11,887 nucleotides of DNA, from positions 1 through 11,887 of IMG/VR virus record IMGVR_UViG_2541047953_000003; one strand, 5' to 3'. Shown piece by piece: positions 1-7,679 of this stretch (position 1 is the first letter of the stretch; every line of letters starts with the position of its first letter). This stretch comes from a virus (Duplodnaviria; Heunggongvirae; Uroviricota; Caudoviricetes). The notes beneath the pieces were generated by a model. That model ran no database searches. It was not told the DNA's origin and was given only the letters and a program-made list of their open reading frames with translations. Position numbers and translations under genes: made by a program.

Positions 1-336
1 ATGGCAGAATCATTTGCAACAGGTTCCGATCATCAGGTTATAAACGAGCTCAACGGGGAAAGACTGAGAGAACCTAACGATGTTTTTAAACGTTTAGGTC
101 GAGCAATAAGATATAATTTTCAAGTGGACGATGCAAAATTTAGACGCGATAATGTAAAAGAAATAATTTCTAATTTATTCGCTAACAAAGTTGACGTTGA
201 CCATCCTGAAAATAAATACAAAGACTTTAAGGATCTCGAAGATAACGTTGAAAAAAGACTTCAAAATCGCCAGGCGAAATATCAAAATGAAATTAATCAA
301 CTATCTGCGCCAGGTGTTAATTTTGATGATATTTAA
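1..336 (+). CDS. 3' portion of a conserved hypothetical protein, probably truncated at the window edge (111 codons to the stop at 334..336)
   Basis: Open frame runs from position 1 to the stop and is convergent with mlaA, sharing a hairpin terminator. In E. coli K-12 the gene upstream of mlaA is yfdF, so this may be its C-terminus, but I do not recognise the sequence itself. Confidence 0.45.
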   Translation: MAESFATGSDHQVINELNGERLREPNDVFKRLGRAIRYNFQVDDAKFRRDNVKEIISNLFANKVDVDHPENKYKDFKDLEDNVEKRLQNRQAKYQNEINQLSAPGVNFDDI

Positions 337-480
337 AATTATTTTTCCAGTTTTTTGATTTTTCAACGCCTGAATATCGGAAATAGTCAGTGACGAACAT
401 CAGTATTTTTACATCATTACGTCCGGGTCATTGTCGGTTTATCTCCTTTTACTTGTGGTAATTGAGGGATAACAACAAAA

Positions 481-508
481 AAGGTGAGTTTTGCGACTCA
501 CCTTTTTT
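481..508. terminator. Bidirectional intrinsic terminator between the convergent upstream ORF and mlaA
   Basis: 9-bp stem AAGGTGAGT (481..489) / ACTCACCTT (496..504) with loop TTTGCG. It is flanked by an A-run upstream and a T-run downstream, so each strand sees hairpin plus U-tract. Confidence 0.7.
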
Positions 509-517
509 ATTTGTTTC

Positions 518-1273
518 TTATTCAGAATCAATATCTTTTAAATCATCCTGAATCGCTTGTGCGTTCGGATTTTCCTGCGGTTTGAGTTCGCCGCCATTAG
601 CGATGAAATCATGACGCTGGAAGTACGCTTCGCGCACCATAATATAAGGATCGGACGACTGACGCAGCAGACCATCGGAATCCAACAACTGCGCACGAGT
701 TTCTATCCCTTCAAGCGTCCATTTACCCACAGACATCGGCCAGGTCAGCCAGGAAAGAACCGGGTAAAGACCATCCGCCATATCACCACCGTCATCACGC
801 AGCGTGAAGCTACCGTAGAACGGTAACTGGACGTAAGGCCCATAACCCACGCCATAATGACCAAGCGTACTACCGAAGCGGTGAGGTTCAGTCCGTTGCA
901 GTTTCGGGTTCGCCATCCCTGCAACATCAATAAAACCGCCCATCCCCAAAATGGTGTTCAGGAAAAAGCGGGTAAAGTGGACCATCCCCTGATAAGGGTC
1001 GCCCTGCAAGAAGTAGTTAACCATCACCGCAGGTTCTTCAAGGTTGCCAGTAAAGTTGCTCAAACCGTTACGCGCCGGTTGCGGAACATAATCACGCCAG
1101 GCGACAGCGACCGGTCGAACAATATACGGGTCTAATACATTGAAGTTGAAGTTGTACATGGTGCGGTTGAACCCTTCTAACGGGTCAGAACGCCCTTGCT
1201 GATCTGTACCGGAACTCGCACACCCCACCAGAAGCGTAGTTCCCAGAGCAAGCGCCGACAGGCGAAGCTTCAT
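518..1273 (-). CDS. mlaA: MlaA (VacJ) outer-membrane lipoprotein, phospholipid asymmetry maintenance
   Basis: 251-aa ORF with N-terminal signal peptide and lipobox (LLVGC ASS). The full-length sequence matches MlaA/VacJ as I remember it, and the mlaA-yfdC-argW synteny is that of E. coli. Confidence 0.9.
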   Translation of the reverse strand: MKLRLSALALGTTLLVGCASSGTDQQGRSDPLEGFNRTMYNFNFNVLDPYIVRPVAVAWRDYVPQPARNGLSNFTGNLEEPAVMVNYFLQGDPYQGMVHFTRFFLNTILGMGGFIDVAGMANPKLQRTEPHRFGSTLGHYGVGYGPYVQLPFYGSFTLRDDGGDMADGLYPVLSWLTWPMSVGKWTLEGIETRAQLLDSDGLLRQSSDPYIMVREAYFQRHDFIANGGELKPQENPNAQAIQDDLKDIDSE

Positions 1274-1566
1274 AAATGTCTCCCTGTTTTTTTATGGCTT
1301 ATGCAGTTTGCCATCCATGACGGAACGATACCGTATCCGCCTGTTTAGGTGTGGGCGATTGTAACAGCACGTCAACTGATGTCCAGACGCCCTGATTTGC
1401 TGATTTGATCATAGCCTGGTAATCGCCGCCCTGTAGGCTACTTGATTCTATAGAAACAGAAAAAGGCAAACGCAGCCTTTTCTACATTTTCAGAGTAACT
1501 CCCGTCAGTTGCGAGCAAAAAAGCCGCTACGCTTTAGCTATACGTGCTAATTCAAGAGAAGAGACC

Positions 1567-2499
1567 ATGGACAACGACAAAATTGATCAACACAGCGACG
1601 AAATTGAAGTTGAGAGCGAAGAAAAAGAGCGCGGCAAAAAAATAGAAATAGATGAAGACCGACTCCCCTCCCGGGCGATGGCAATTCATGAGCATATCCG
1701 CCAGGATGGTGAAAAAGAGCTGGAACGCGACGCAATGGCGCTACTGTGGTCAGCCATTGCGGCGGGTCTGTCGATGGGCGCTTCGTTACTGGCAAAAGGG
1801 ATATTTCATGTCGAACTGGAAGGTGTGCCGGGCAGCTTCTTGCTGGAGAATCTCGGTTATACCTTTGGTTTTATTATCGTCATTATGGCCCGCCAGCAAT
1901 TATTTACCGAAAATACCGTGACTGCGGTACTACCCGTCATGCAAAAACCGACAATGAGCAACGTCGGCTTACTTATACGGTTATGGGGCGTCGTGCTGCT
2001 GGGTAATATTCTCGGGACAGGTATTGCGGCGTGGGCATTTGAATATATGCCTATCTTCAATGAAGAAACTCGCGATGCATTTGTCAAAATCGGCATGGAT
2101 GTGATGAAGAACACCCCCAGCGAGATGTTTGCCAACGCGATCATTTCCGGCTGGCTGATCGCCACTATGGTTTGGATGTTTCCTGCAGCGGGTGCGGCAA
2201 AGATTGTGGTGATTATATTGATGACCTGGCTTATTGCCCTGGGTGACACCACCCATATCGTGGTCGGTTCTGTTGAAATCCTCTATCTGGTGTTTAACGG
2301 TACGCTGCACTGGAGCGATTTCATCTGGCCCTTCGCACTACCTACTTTAGCGGGGAACATCTGCGGCGGCACCTTTATCTTCGCGTTAATGAGTCATGCA
2401 CAGATTCGTAACGACATGAGCAATAAGCGTAAAGCAGAAGCACGCCAAAAAGCAGAACGTGCGGAAAACATTAAGAAAAATTATAAAAACCCGGCATAA
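1567..2499 (+). CDS. yfdC: Formate/nitrite transporter (FNT) family inner-membrane protein YfdC
   Basis: 310-aa ORF with multiple hydrophobic helices after an acidic N-terminus, preceded by a purine-rich RBS (GAGAAGAGA). Size and position between mlaA and argW match yfdC. Confidence 0.85.
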   Translation: MDNDKIDQHSDEIEVESEEKERGKKIEIDEDRLPSRAMAIHEHIRQDGEKELERDAMALLWSAIAAGLSMGASLLAKGIFHVELEGVPGSFLLENLGYTFGFIIVIMARQQLFTENTVTAVLPVMQKPTMSNVGLLIRLWGVVLLGNILGTGIAAWAFEYMPIFNEETRDAFVKIGMDVMKNTPSEMFANAIISGWLIATMVWMFPAAGAAKIVVIILMTWLIALGDTTHIVVGSVEILYLVFNGTLHWSDFIWPFALPTLAGNICGGTFIFALMSHAQIRNDMSNKRKAEARQKAERAENIKKNYKNPA

Positions 2500-2557
2500 A
2501 TGGCGAGGGTTTAAGCAATCGAGCGGCAGCGTACTTACCCCGCACTCCATTAGCGGG

Positions 2558-2563
2558 TATACT
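2558..2563 (+). promoter_or_regulatory. Candidate -10 element (TATACT) of the argW tRNA promoter
   Basis: TATACT sits 11 nt upstream of the mature tRNA 5' end and is followed by a GC-rich discriminator-like stretch (GCCGC). The -35 is weak, so the call is tentative. Confidence 0.3.
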
Positions 2564-2574
2564 CATGCCGCATT

Positions 2575-2649
2575 GTCCTCTTAGTTAAATGGATATAACG
2601 AGCCCCTCCTAAGGGCTAATTGCAGGTTCGATTCCTGCAGGGGACACCA
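2575..2649 (+). tRNA. argW: tRNA-Arg, anticodon CCU
   Basis: 75-nt sequence folding as a cloverleaf: acceptor stem GTCCTCT/AGGGGAC, anticodon loop CTCCTAA (anticodon CCT), T-loop GGTTCGATTCC, encoded 3' CCA. Followed directly by an integrase gene, the classic argW island arrangement. Confidence 0.93.
2620..2635 (+). repeat. 16-bp segment of argW (TTGCAGGTTCGATTCC) that recurs exactly at 11652..11667; candidate att core, attL copy
   Basis: Exact 16/16 direct repeat found by eye. Its position inside the tRNA T-arm next to a P4-type integrase is typical of a tRNA-targeting att core. Confidence 0.6.
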
Positions 2650-2739
2650 TTTATCAGTTCGCTCCCATCCGTACCAGTCCGCAAAATCCCCTGAACATCA
2701 AGCCTTCCGTATATTCACAGTTCGTAATGGTTCGCGTCA

Positions 2740-2810
2740 GATCGTTGACAGCCACACTCCATGACGGGTAAAAAGTGGATAAAATAATTTTACCCACCGG
2801 ATTTTTACCC
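2740..2810 (+). promoter_or_regulatory. Candidate intS promoter and recombinase/RDF binding region (attL arm)
   Basis: TTGACA at 2745..2750; TAAAAT at 2780..2785; inverted repeat GGGTAAAA (2765..2772) / TTTTACCC (2789..2796), with TTTTACCC repeated again at 2803..2810 abutting the ATG. GTTCG motifs recur at 2626, 2657, 2719 and 2730. Confidence 0.35.
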
Positions 2811-3968
2811 ATGCTCACCGTTAAGCAGATTGAAGCAGCAAAGCCGAAAGAAAAACCATACCGCCTACTCGATGGTAATGGTCTGTACCTTTATGTCCCT
2901 GTATCCGGAAAAAAGGTCTGGCAGCTTCGCTACAAGATTGACGGTAAGGAGAAAATCCTGACCGTAGGAAAATATCCGCTAATGACTTTGCAGGAGGCAA
3001 GGGATAAGGCATGGACTGCGAGGAAAGACATCTCGGTTGGCATCGATCCGGTAAAGGCGAAAAAGGCTTCGTCTAACAACAATTCATTTAGTGCGATTTA
3101 CAAGGAATGGTACGAGCACAAGAAGCAAGTCTGGTCAGTAGGCTATGCAACTGAACTTGCCAAAATGTTTGATGACGACATTTTACCCATCATCGGCGGT
3201 CTTGAGATTCAGGATATTGAGCCGATGCAACTGCTGGAAGTAATCCGCAGATTTGAAGATCGCGGTGCAATGGAGCGAGCCAACAAAGCCCGCAGAAGAT
3301 GCGGCGAGGTTTTCCGTTACGCTATTGTCACCGGAAGGGCTAAATATAACCCAGCACCTGACCTTGCTGACGCCATGAAGGGATACCGCAAGAAGAACTT
3401 CCCGTTTCTTCCTGCAGACCAGATCCCGGCATTCAATAAAGCACTAGCAACATTTTCAGGAAGTATCGTATCGCTCATTGCCACCAAGGTTTTACGCTAT
3501 ACAGCCCTAAGAACGAAAGAGCTTCGTTCCATGCAATGGAAGAACGTCGATTTTGAAAACAGGATTATCACCATCGACGCCAATGTGATGAAGGGACGCA
3601 AAATTCATGTGGTTCCTATGTCAGACCAGGTGGTTGAACTTCTCACTACGCTAAGCTCAATCACTAAACCAGTGTCAGAGTTTGTTTTTGCCGGACGCAA
3701 CGATAAGAAGAAGCCAATCTGCGAGAACGCGGTGCTACTTGTGATCAAACAAATCGGCTATGAGGGTCTGGAAAGCGGTCACGGATTCAGGCATGAATTC
3801 AGTACGATTATGAACGAGCACGAATGGCCTGCTGACGCTATTGAGGTGCAACTGGCACATGCCAACGGCGGATCTGTGCGTGGGATTTACAACCATGCTC
3901 AGTATCTCGATAAGCGCAGAGAAATGATGCTGTGGTGGGCGGACTGGCTGGACGAAAAGACACAGTAA
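2811..3968 (+). CDS. intS: Tyrosine recombinase, P4-type prophage integrase (IntS-like, 385 aa)
   Basis: ORF immediately downstream of argW. The C-terminal region has the tyrosine recombinase signature (HGFRHEF ... VQLAHANGG ... RGIYNHAQY). Start chosen at MLTVKQ (2811); an in-frame ATG at 2775 would add 12 residues. Confidence 0.85.
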   Translation: MLTVKQIEAAKPKEKPYRLLDGNGLYLYVPVSGKKVWQLRYKIDGKEKILTVGKYPLMTLQEARDKAWTARKDISVGIDPVKAKKASSNNNSFSAIYKEWYEHKKQVWSVGYATELAKMFDDDILPIIGGLEIQDIEPMQLLEVIRRFEDRGAMERANKARRRCGEVFRYAIVTGRAKYNPAPDLADAMKGYRKKNFPFLPADQIPAFNKALATFSGSIVSLIATKVLRYTALRTKELRSMQWKNVDFENRIITIDANVMKGRKIHVVPMSDQVVELLTTLSSITKPVSEFVFAGRNDKKKPICENAVLLVIKQIGYEGLESGHGFRHEFSTIMNEHEWPADAIEVQLAHANGGSVRGIYNHAQYLDKRREMMLWWADWLDEKTQ

Positions 3969-3976
3969 TCAAAAGC

Positions 3977-4000
3977 GGCAGGCCACATAAAAAGCCTGCC
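3977..4000. terminator. Hairpin between convergent intS and the UmuD'-like gene
   Basis: Stem GGCAGGC (3977..3983) / GCCTGCC (3994..4000) with a 10-nt A-rich loop. The U-tract is weak on both strands. Confidence 0.4.
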
Positions 4001-4318
4001 TTATACCGCTACGCTGTCACTTCTCACATCGATGATGGTGTGTGTCACCACGCCGGCGACAGTGATATCATCCAGGGCCTCGCCTTCAATCGCTTCGCCG
4101 TCTTCGGTTATCAGCGACCGCCCTCTCAACGTGGCAAGTTCCGTCCCGCCGCCGTGCTGGATCAGAACCTGACTACCCTGCCTTGGTTTCAGGGAGATAT
4201 CCAACACAACGTAACCGCCAGACCGCTCGAAAACTAGCGTGTTTGGGCCTACATTGCAGATCGCGTTAACAGACAGACGCTGCTCAACGTAGTCAGACGC
4301 CGGAGACGGGAACGCCAT
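4001..4318 (-). CDS. UmuD'-like protein (S24 LexA/UmuD fold), genetically pre-truncated and lacking the GDSM serine motif
   Basis: N-terminus MAFPSPASDYVEQR matches the UmuD segment GFPSPAADYVEQR that immediately follows the RecA-mediated cleavage site. The C-terminal half aligns loosely with the UmuD beta-core, but no GDSM-type serine motif is present (RSGGY instead). Start codon overlaps the stop of the upstream small gene (TGATG). An in-frame ATG at 4351 is the alternative start. Confidence 0.7.
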   Translation of the reverse strand: MAFPSPASDYVEQRLSVNAICNVGPNTLVFERSGGYVVLDISLKPRQGSQVLIQHGGGTELATLRGRSLITEDGEAIEGEALDDITVAGVVTHTIIDVRSDSVAV

Positions 4319-4557
4319 CAGATGACCCTCCCCATGTTGGCCATCATCCACAGCCTGTTTTCGCTATGCTCTGCCGTTTTGTCGACAAAGTACGTCTGCT
4401 CTCTTGATATCCAGTTGTTAGCCTCCTCTTCTGAAAAATGGATACCCCTCCGCTGTAGTTCGGAGATGAAAGAATCAGTGTAAAGGTATTGATAACCTTT
4501 AGGATTTATAGAAATGGAGGCTCTGAAAGCCTCCGCGATGGCGTTACGTCTGATCAT
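4318..4557 (-). CDS. Small hypothetical protein (79 aa from ATG; 83 aa if the TTG at 4569 is used), first gene of the SOS-box operon
   Basis: ORF directly downstream of the LexA box and translationally coupled to the UmuD'-like gene. I recognise no family. The arrangement recalls the small impC gene preceding impA in plasmid impCAB operons; this is an analogy by position only. Confidence 0.5.
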   Translation of the reverse strand: MIRRNAIAEAFRASISINPKGYQYLYTDSFISELQRRGIHFSEEEANNWISREQTYFVDKTAEHSENRLWMMANMGRVI

Positions 4558-4575
4558 GTCTCTTACCAAACAAAA

Positions 4576-4591
4576 CTGTATTTATATACAG
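4576..4591 (-). promoter_or_regulatory. LexA (SOS) box CTGTATTTATATACAG overlapping a candidate promoter
   Basis: Matches the E. coli consensus CTGT-N8-ACAG with an AT-rich centre. It lies 19 bp upstream of the small-gene ATG. On the transcribed strand a -35 TTGACT (complement of 4612..4617) sits about 17-18 bp upstream of a -10 that overlaps the box. Confidence 0.7.
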
Positions 4592-4622
4592 TATTGTTTG
4601 CGTTAATCAACAGTCAATCATT

Positions 4623-6722
4623 TTATTGAATAAAAGTGTAAGGAGAAGCGATGGTATATTGTGCATTAGCCCCTATGGGAGTATCGAAAATCCACACCTC
4701 ACTCAAACCATCTTTTGTAATTGACGCGTTAGGTCCCCCATGGCTGCATCCATAAAGATATAACTTTGCTTTACCAGTTAAGTCGGATCCTTGCCCAGCA
4801 GTAAAGCAGGCGCCACCGATAAAGTCTGCCCTTGAACTATCATGCGAGTAACACCCAAAGTTAGCTGTAACCGTGCCATCATGAACATCGTGAACTACAC
4901 GGCCAAACGTTCCGTAGTATTCACCGTTCAAACGTATCCCTACAGTTCCGTCATGAGCGGTAGAGCCGTTATTATTTGGTAAATTATCAAAACCACTCCA
5001 ACGGCCAGTACAACCAATTTCGATAAACCACGGCTTTATCCCAAGACCATTCTGATCGGCATGATAGTTAAATGCGTCCTGCATCCCGTATTGAGCAGTG
5101 CAATTCTGCATAATACAGTTTACACCTAAAGAGTTAAAGGCATTCCTTGTCACAGATAAATCAAATATACAATTTTTTGCATATAAGTATCCTTTTTTAC
5201 CCGCCGTTTGAACCTCAGCCTGAAACCCCCTAAAGCTGTCCTTAAAGTGAATATTTTCAATATAAACTTTGCTATTATCCTGAATTCTTCCATTAGTCAA
5301 TTGAAGAACAAGCCGTGAATTAGAATCAGGAGCTCGCCCGTCAAAAAGATGAATATACAGCGTATTCCCTGTTTTATAGGATGAGCCAGGTGTTGAAACG
5401 CAGTCGGCAAGGCTGGCTACGGGAGTTAGAACCTGAGCATGTCCATAACTATCAAGATTGGCATAGTCAACAACGTTTAGAACAAGATTACCTGTGTACT
5501 GGTATACGCCAGCGCTTCCCTGTGCCGCCCACGTTGCAGCCGGTTCAACAGTGCTCAGAATTGGTGTTCCATCGTATCCGATGAAATCGAGCTCGCGGTC
5601 AACTACGCTAACATTCCATGTAAAATCACGGGTATATTCCATCCCGCCTTTTATCATGATTGTCCTTGCTGCCGGGGTTTTCTCAATGGCATATTTTATA
5701 CGCTGGAATGGTTTAGCCTGCGTGCCGTCTCCAGTCGTATCACTACCGTTAGTGCAGTCCACATAATATGTTGTCCCGCTGGATGCCTTCTTCACAGCCA
5801 CATCATAATCAGTCCAATATCTAAGCGTGCCATCAGAACGAAGTGCGCAGTAAATTGGAATCTGCTCTTCTATTCTTCTCAGCTCACCTGGAAACCATGG
5901 TATTGATGATGGGCATCCGGCAATTCCAAAAGCACTTTTATTTGCATTGCCAATTAATTCTATAAGAGTCCCTGATTTAATATGAGCAATAAGTAGCGAG
6001 CCGTCAAATGGATATCTGTCACGCGCTTCATATGTTCCGTCTGATTTAACAACAATACATATTGTGCTTGATGTTGTTGTGACATTCTGATTTTGACCAA
6101 TAACACTAACGCCATTAAAAGAATAAAGACCGCCAGAAAAGCTTATAGTTGATGATCCTGCAACTGGTTTCCATTGAGGAGATATAATCACGCCTCCTAA
6201 CGATCTGTATAATCTATCAAGAGCTGTATAAACGGTGCTGTCCCTATAGCCAACCAAGGTGGCTCCATTTGACTCTCCAAGCGCTGAGAAATCTACGCTT
6301 ATTGAGCTTATTGCATCGTATACATTGGTGTCTTTAAATCCTACTAATTTCGCGCCATCTGGCTGTGAAAGATCATATCTTAGCTGATCTGGTGAATATC
6401 TTAAGACATTGGAGAAGTAAAATTGCTGTGCTCCATATGCATCATACACAGCCATGCTATGGCTTTGAACTGTCACGAATTTGGCAATCTGTCCGTTATA
6501 TACAGGATAACCAGCGGCGTTAATGATGATTGGCTGCGAAACAGGAACGTGAGAACCATCCTCATTCTCCACATAAACCTGAATCTGGTTTTCAGGATTT
6601 ACCGGGTCAGTGTCAATTTTACCGATATAAATTTTACCATTGGCAACCGCTTTAAAAGAACGCGCCATAGTGAAGAGTTGCGAAGGCATGCTTACTACAA
6701 CATTGGCTGTAATGTCTGTCAT
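4623..6722 (-). CDS. Phage tailspike protein (P22 gp9-type head-binding domain plus divergent receptor-binding region)
   Basis: 699-aa ORF. The first ~110 residues ([11 protein letters not shown]...[23 protein letters not shown]...) match the conserved N-terminal domain of P22-like tailspikes as remembered. The rest differs from P22 gp9 and contains a beta-helix-type start motif ([15 protein letters not shown]...TIMIKGG). RBS GGAG upstream. Confidence 0.85.
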   Translation of the reverse strand: MTDITANVVVSMPSQLFTMARSFKAVANGKIYIGKIDTDPVNPENQIQVYVENEDGSHVPVSQPIIINAAGYPVYNGQIAKFVTVQSHSMAVYDAYGAQQFYFSNVLRYSPDQLRYDLSQPDGAKLVGFKDTNVYDAISSISVDFSALGESNGATLVGYRDSTVYTALDRLYRSLGGVIISPQWKPVAGSSTISFSGGLYSFNGVSVIGQNQNVTTTSSTICIVVKSDGTYEARDRYPFDGSLLIAHIKSGTLIELIGNANKSAFGIAGCPSSIPWFPGELRRIEEQIPIYCALRSDGTLRYWTDYDVAVKKASSGTTYYVDCTNGSDTTGDGTQAKPFQRIKYAIEKTPAARTIMIKGGMEYTRDFTWNVSVVDRELDFIGYDGTPILSTVEPAATWAAQGSAGVYQYTGNLVLNVVDYANLDSYGHAQVLTPVASLADCVSTPGSSYKTGNTLYIHLFDGRAPDSNSRLVLQLTNGRIQDNSKVYIENIHFKDSFRGFQAEVQTAGKKGYLYAKNCIFDLSVTRNAFNSLGVNCIMQNCTAQYGMQDAFNYHADQNGLGIKPWFIEIGCTGRWSGFDNLPNNNGSTAHDGTVGIRLNGEYYGTFGRVVHDVHDGTVTANFGCYSHDSSRADFIGGACFTAGQGSDLTGKAKLYLYGCSHGGPNASITKDGLSEVWIFDTPIGANAQYTIASPYTFIQ

Positions 6723-6779
6723 TTAATTTGCTCCAGATAGAAGGAAACGCCGCAGCGTGGCTACGGCAATGCGTCATTG

Positions 6780-6794
6780 AGACCACAGTGGTCT
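6780..6794. promoter_or_regulatory. Candidate Mnt operator: perfect 7-1-7 palindrome AGACCACAGTGGTCT
   Basis: Perfect palindrome between divergent mnt and tailspike, immediately upstream of a candidate mnt promoter (-35 TTGTGG 6797..6802, -10 TATGAT 6820..6825). Resembles the P22 mnt operator half-site as I recall it. A second small palindrome CAATGCGTCATTG lies at 6766..6778. Confidence 0.5.
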
Positions 6795-6857
6795 TATTGT
6801 GGATATAACCAGTAGATCATATGATGCCGATCCACTTACAAAAGTGAGGCATCAAGA

Positions 6858-7109
6858 ATGGGAAGAGATGACCCGCAATTTAATCTGCGGCTACCTTACG
6901 AATTAAAGGAAAAACTAAAACAGCGAGCCAAATCCAATGGCCGCTCTCTTAATTCAGAATTAGTTCAGATAGTGACTGATGCTGTATCAAAGCCATCCAA
7001 AATTTCAGGCTATCGAGACGATGCGGAACGCATCGCTGATGAGCAGTCTGAACTTGTTAAGAAGATGGTGTTTGATACGCTGAAGGATTTGTACAAAAAA
7101 CCCACCTGA
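6858..7109 (+). CDS. mnt: Mnt-type repressor (Arc/MetJ ribbon-helix-helix family)
   Basis: 83-aa ORF with strong similarity throughout to P22 Mnt as remembered (RDDP.FN.R.P...EKLK.RA..NGRS.NSEL.QIV.DA.SKPS...GYR.DAER.ADEQSELVKKMVFDTLKDLYKK). RBS GTGAGG 8 nt upstream. Confidence 0.85.
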   Translation: MGRDDPQFNLRLPYELKEKLKQRAKSNGRSLNSELVQIVTDAVSKPSKISGYRDDAERIADEQSELVKKMVFDTLKDLYKKPT

Positions 7110-7122
7110 TGGTGGGTTCCAT
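7101..7122. terminator. Intrinsic terminator between convergent mnt and the lipoprotein gene
   Basis: Stem CCCACC (7101..7106) / GGTGGG (7111..7116) with loop TGAT containing the mnt stop codon. On the - strand the hairpin is followed by TTTTTTG, making it strong for the lipoprotein gene; the + strand U-tract is weaker. Confidence 0.7.
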
Positions 7123-7125
7123 TTA

Positions 7126-7545
7126 TTAGTCTTGCTTTGTGGACGGTATAAGGGATGCATTTGCCTCTTTAGGCTTCAAGGTATACATCCCACCATTAAA
7201 TGGATCTACAGCAAGCCAACCAATTAACCCACCAAACACAAGGTTTCCACCAATATACCAACCATTAGCATTGGCTTTTATTGGCATGGTAACTGGTTCG
7301 TACCCATCCTTCTCCATAGTGATCTGGTAGCTCTTTTTGCCAAAATAACTACCATCTGACTTGGCAAGAGTTACTCCTTGCGGGGTCTTACCTTGCGCAA
7401 CAATCACGCCTGATTCGTCTTTTACCTTAAAGCTCGCACCGGAAGGATTGCTGTTCACTTGCACAAGCTGTGTTTCGTCACCAACAATAGTTGCGCACCC
7501 AGATAACATGATAACGCCAGCAACGACGCCGATAATCCTCTTCAT
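7126..7545 (-). CDS. Putative prophage lipoprotein (139 aa) with a PEGA-like beta region and a glycine-rich hydrophobic C-terminus
   Basis: Signal peptide with lipobox (VIMLSGC). The middle region has a PEGA-like pattern (VQVNSNPSGASFKV...GKTPQGVTL...GYEPV), and the C-terminus has a Gly-zipper-like hydrophobic segment (YIGGNLVFGGLIGWLAV). Has its own terminator. The domain call is from pattern only. Confidence 0.6.
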   Translation of the reverse strand: MKRIIGVVAGVIMLSGCATIVGDETQLVQVNSNPSGASFKVKDESGVIVAQGKTPQGVTLAKSDGSYFGKKSYQITMEKDGYEPVTMPIKANANGWYIGGNLVFGGLIGWLAVDPFNGGMYTLKPKEANASLIPSTKQD

Positions 7546-7616
7546 ATTACTTTCCGTTTTGTTAGAATCAGAAAGATCTTAATAATAAAAAGTATTTTCG
7601 TGAAGATATTGTCGAT

Positions 7617-7631
7617 TGAGTTAATAACTCA
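7617..7631. promoter_or_regulatory. Perfect 7-1-7 palindrome TGAGTTAATAACTCA in the divergent lipoprotein intergenic region
   Basis: Perfect palindrome about 50 bp upstream of the + strand lipoprotein start, inside an AT-rich divergent promoter region (7546..7679). Operator-like; the binding protein is unknown. Confidence 0.35.
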
Positions 7632-7679
7632 TTTACACCCAACAGTGCCATGATGGCAAAGATAAGGAGAGTTAATCAT

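Noticed and set aside
557-1135. ORFs 557..826 (+), 745..930 (-) and 857..1135 (+) overlapping mlaA
   Set aside because: They lie inside or antisense to a well-supported full-length mlaA and have no RBS or recognisable product.
1462-1480. Hairpin AAAGGC-aaacgca-GCCTTT in the mlaA-yfdC divergent intergenic region
   Set aside because: Short AT-rich stem without a convincing U-tract, in a divergent promoter region; not enough to call an attenuator or sRNA.
1547-2310. ORFs 1547..1795 (-), 1652..1921 (+), 1746..2006 (+), 1857..2252 (-) and 1981..2310 (-) overlapping yfdC
   Set aside because: Alternative-frame or antisense ORFs within the FNT transporter gene; the compositions are Arg/Cys-rich and not protein-like.
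2775-2810. Longer intS start at ATG 2775 (MDKIILPTGFLP...)
   Set aside because: Would add 12 residues; the shorter start gives the 385-aa length I recall for IntS. Neither start has a good SD, so this is a preference and not a firm exclusion.
2821-3012. ORF 2821..3012 (-) inside intS
   Set aside because: Antisense to the integrase gene with no supporting signals.
3932-4237. ORF 3932..4237 (+, 101 aa) overlapping the UmuD'-like gene
   Set aside because: The opposite strand carries clear UmuD homology and translational coupling; this + strand frame starts inside the intS 3' end and has no RBS.
3969-4622. O-antigen conversion genes (gtrABC or oac) expected between tailspike and int
   Set aside because: No ORF of suitable size or hydrophobicity is present; the slot is fully occupied by the SOS-box two-gene module.
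5381-6740. ORFs 5381..5584 (+), 5494..5766 (+) and 6423..6740 (+) within the tailspike region
   Set aside because: Antisense to the 699-aa tailspike ORF, which has strong N-terminal family similarity.
7139-7582. ORFs 7139..7330 (+) and 7361..7582 (+) overlapping the 139-aa lipoprotein gene
   Set aside because: Antisense to a gene with signal peptide, lipobox, RBS and terminator; Pro/Thr-rich low-complexity translations.
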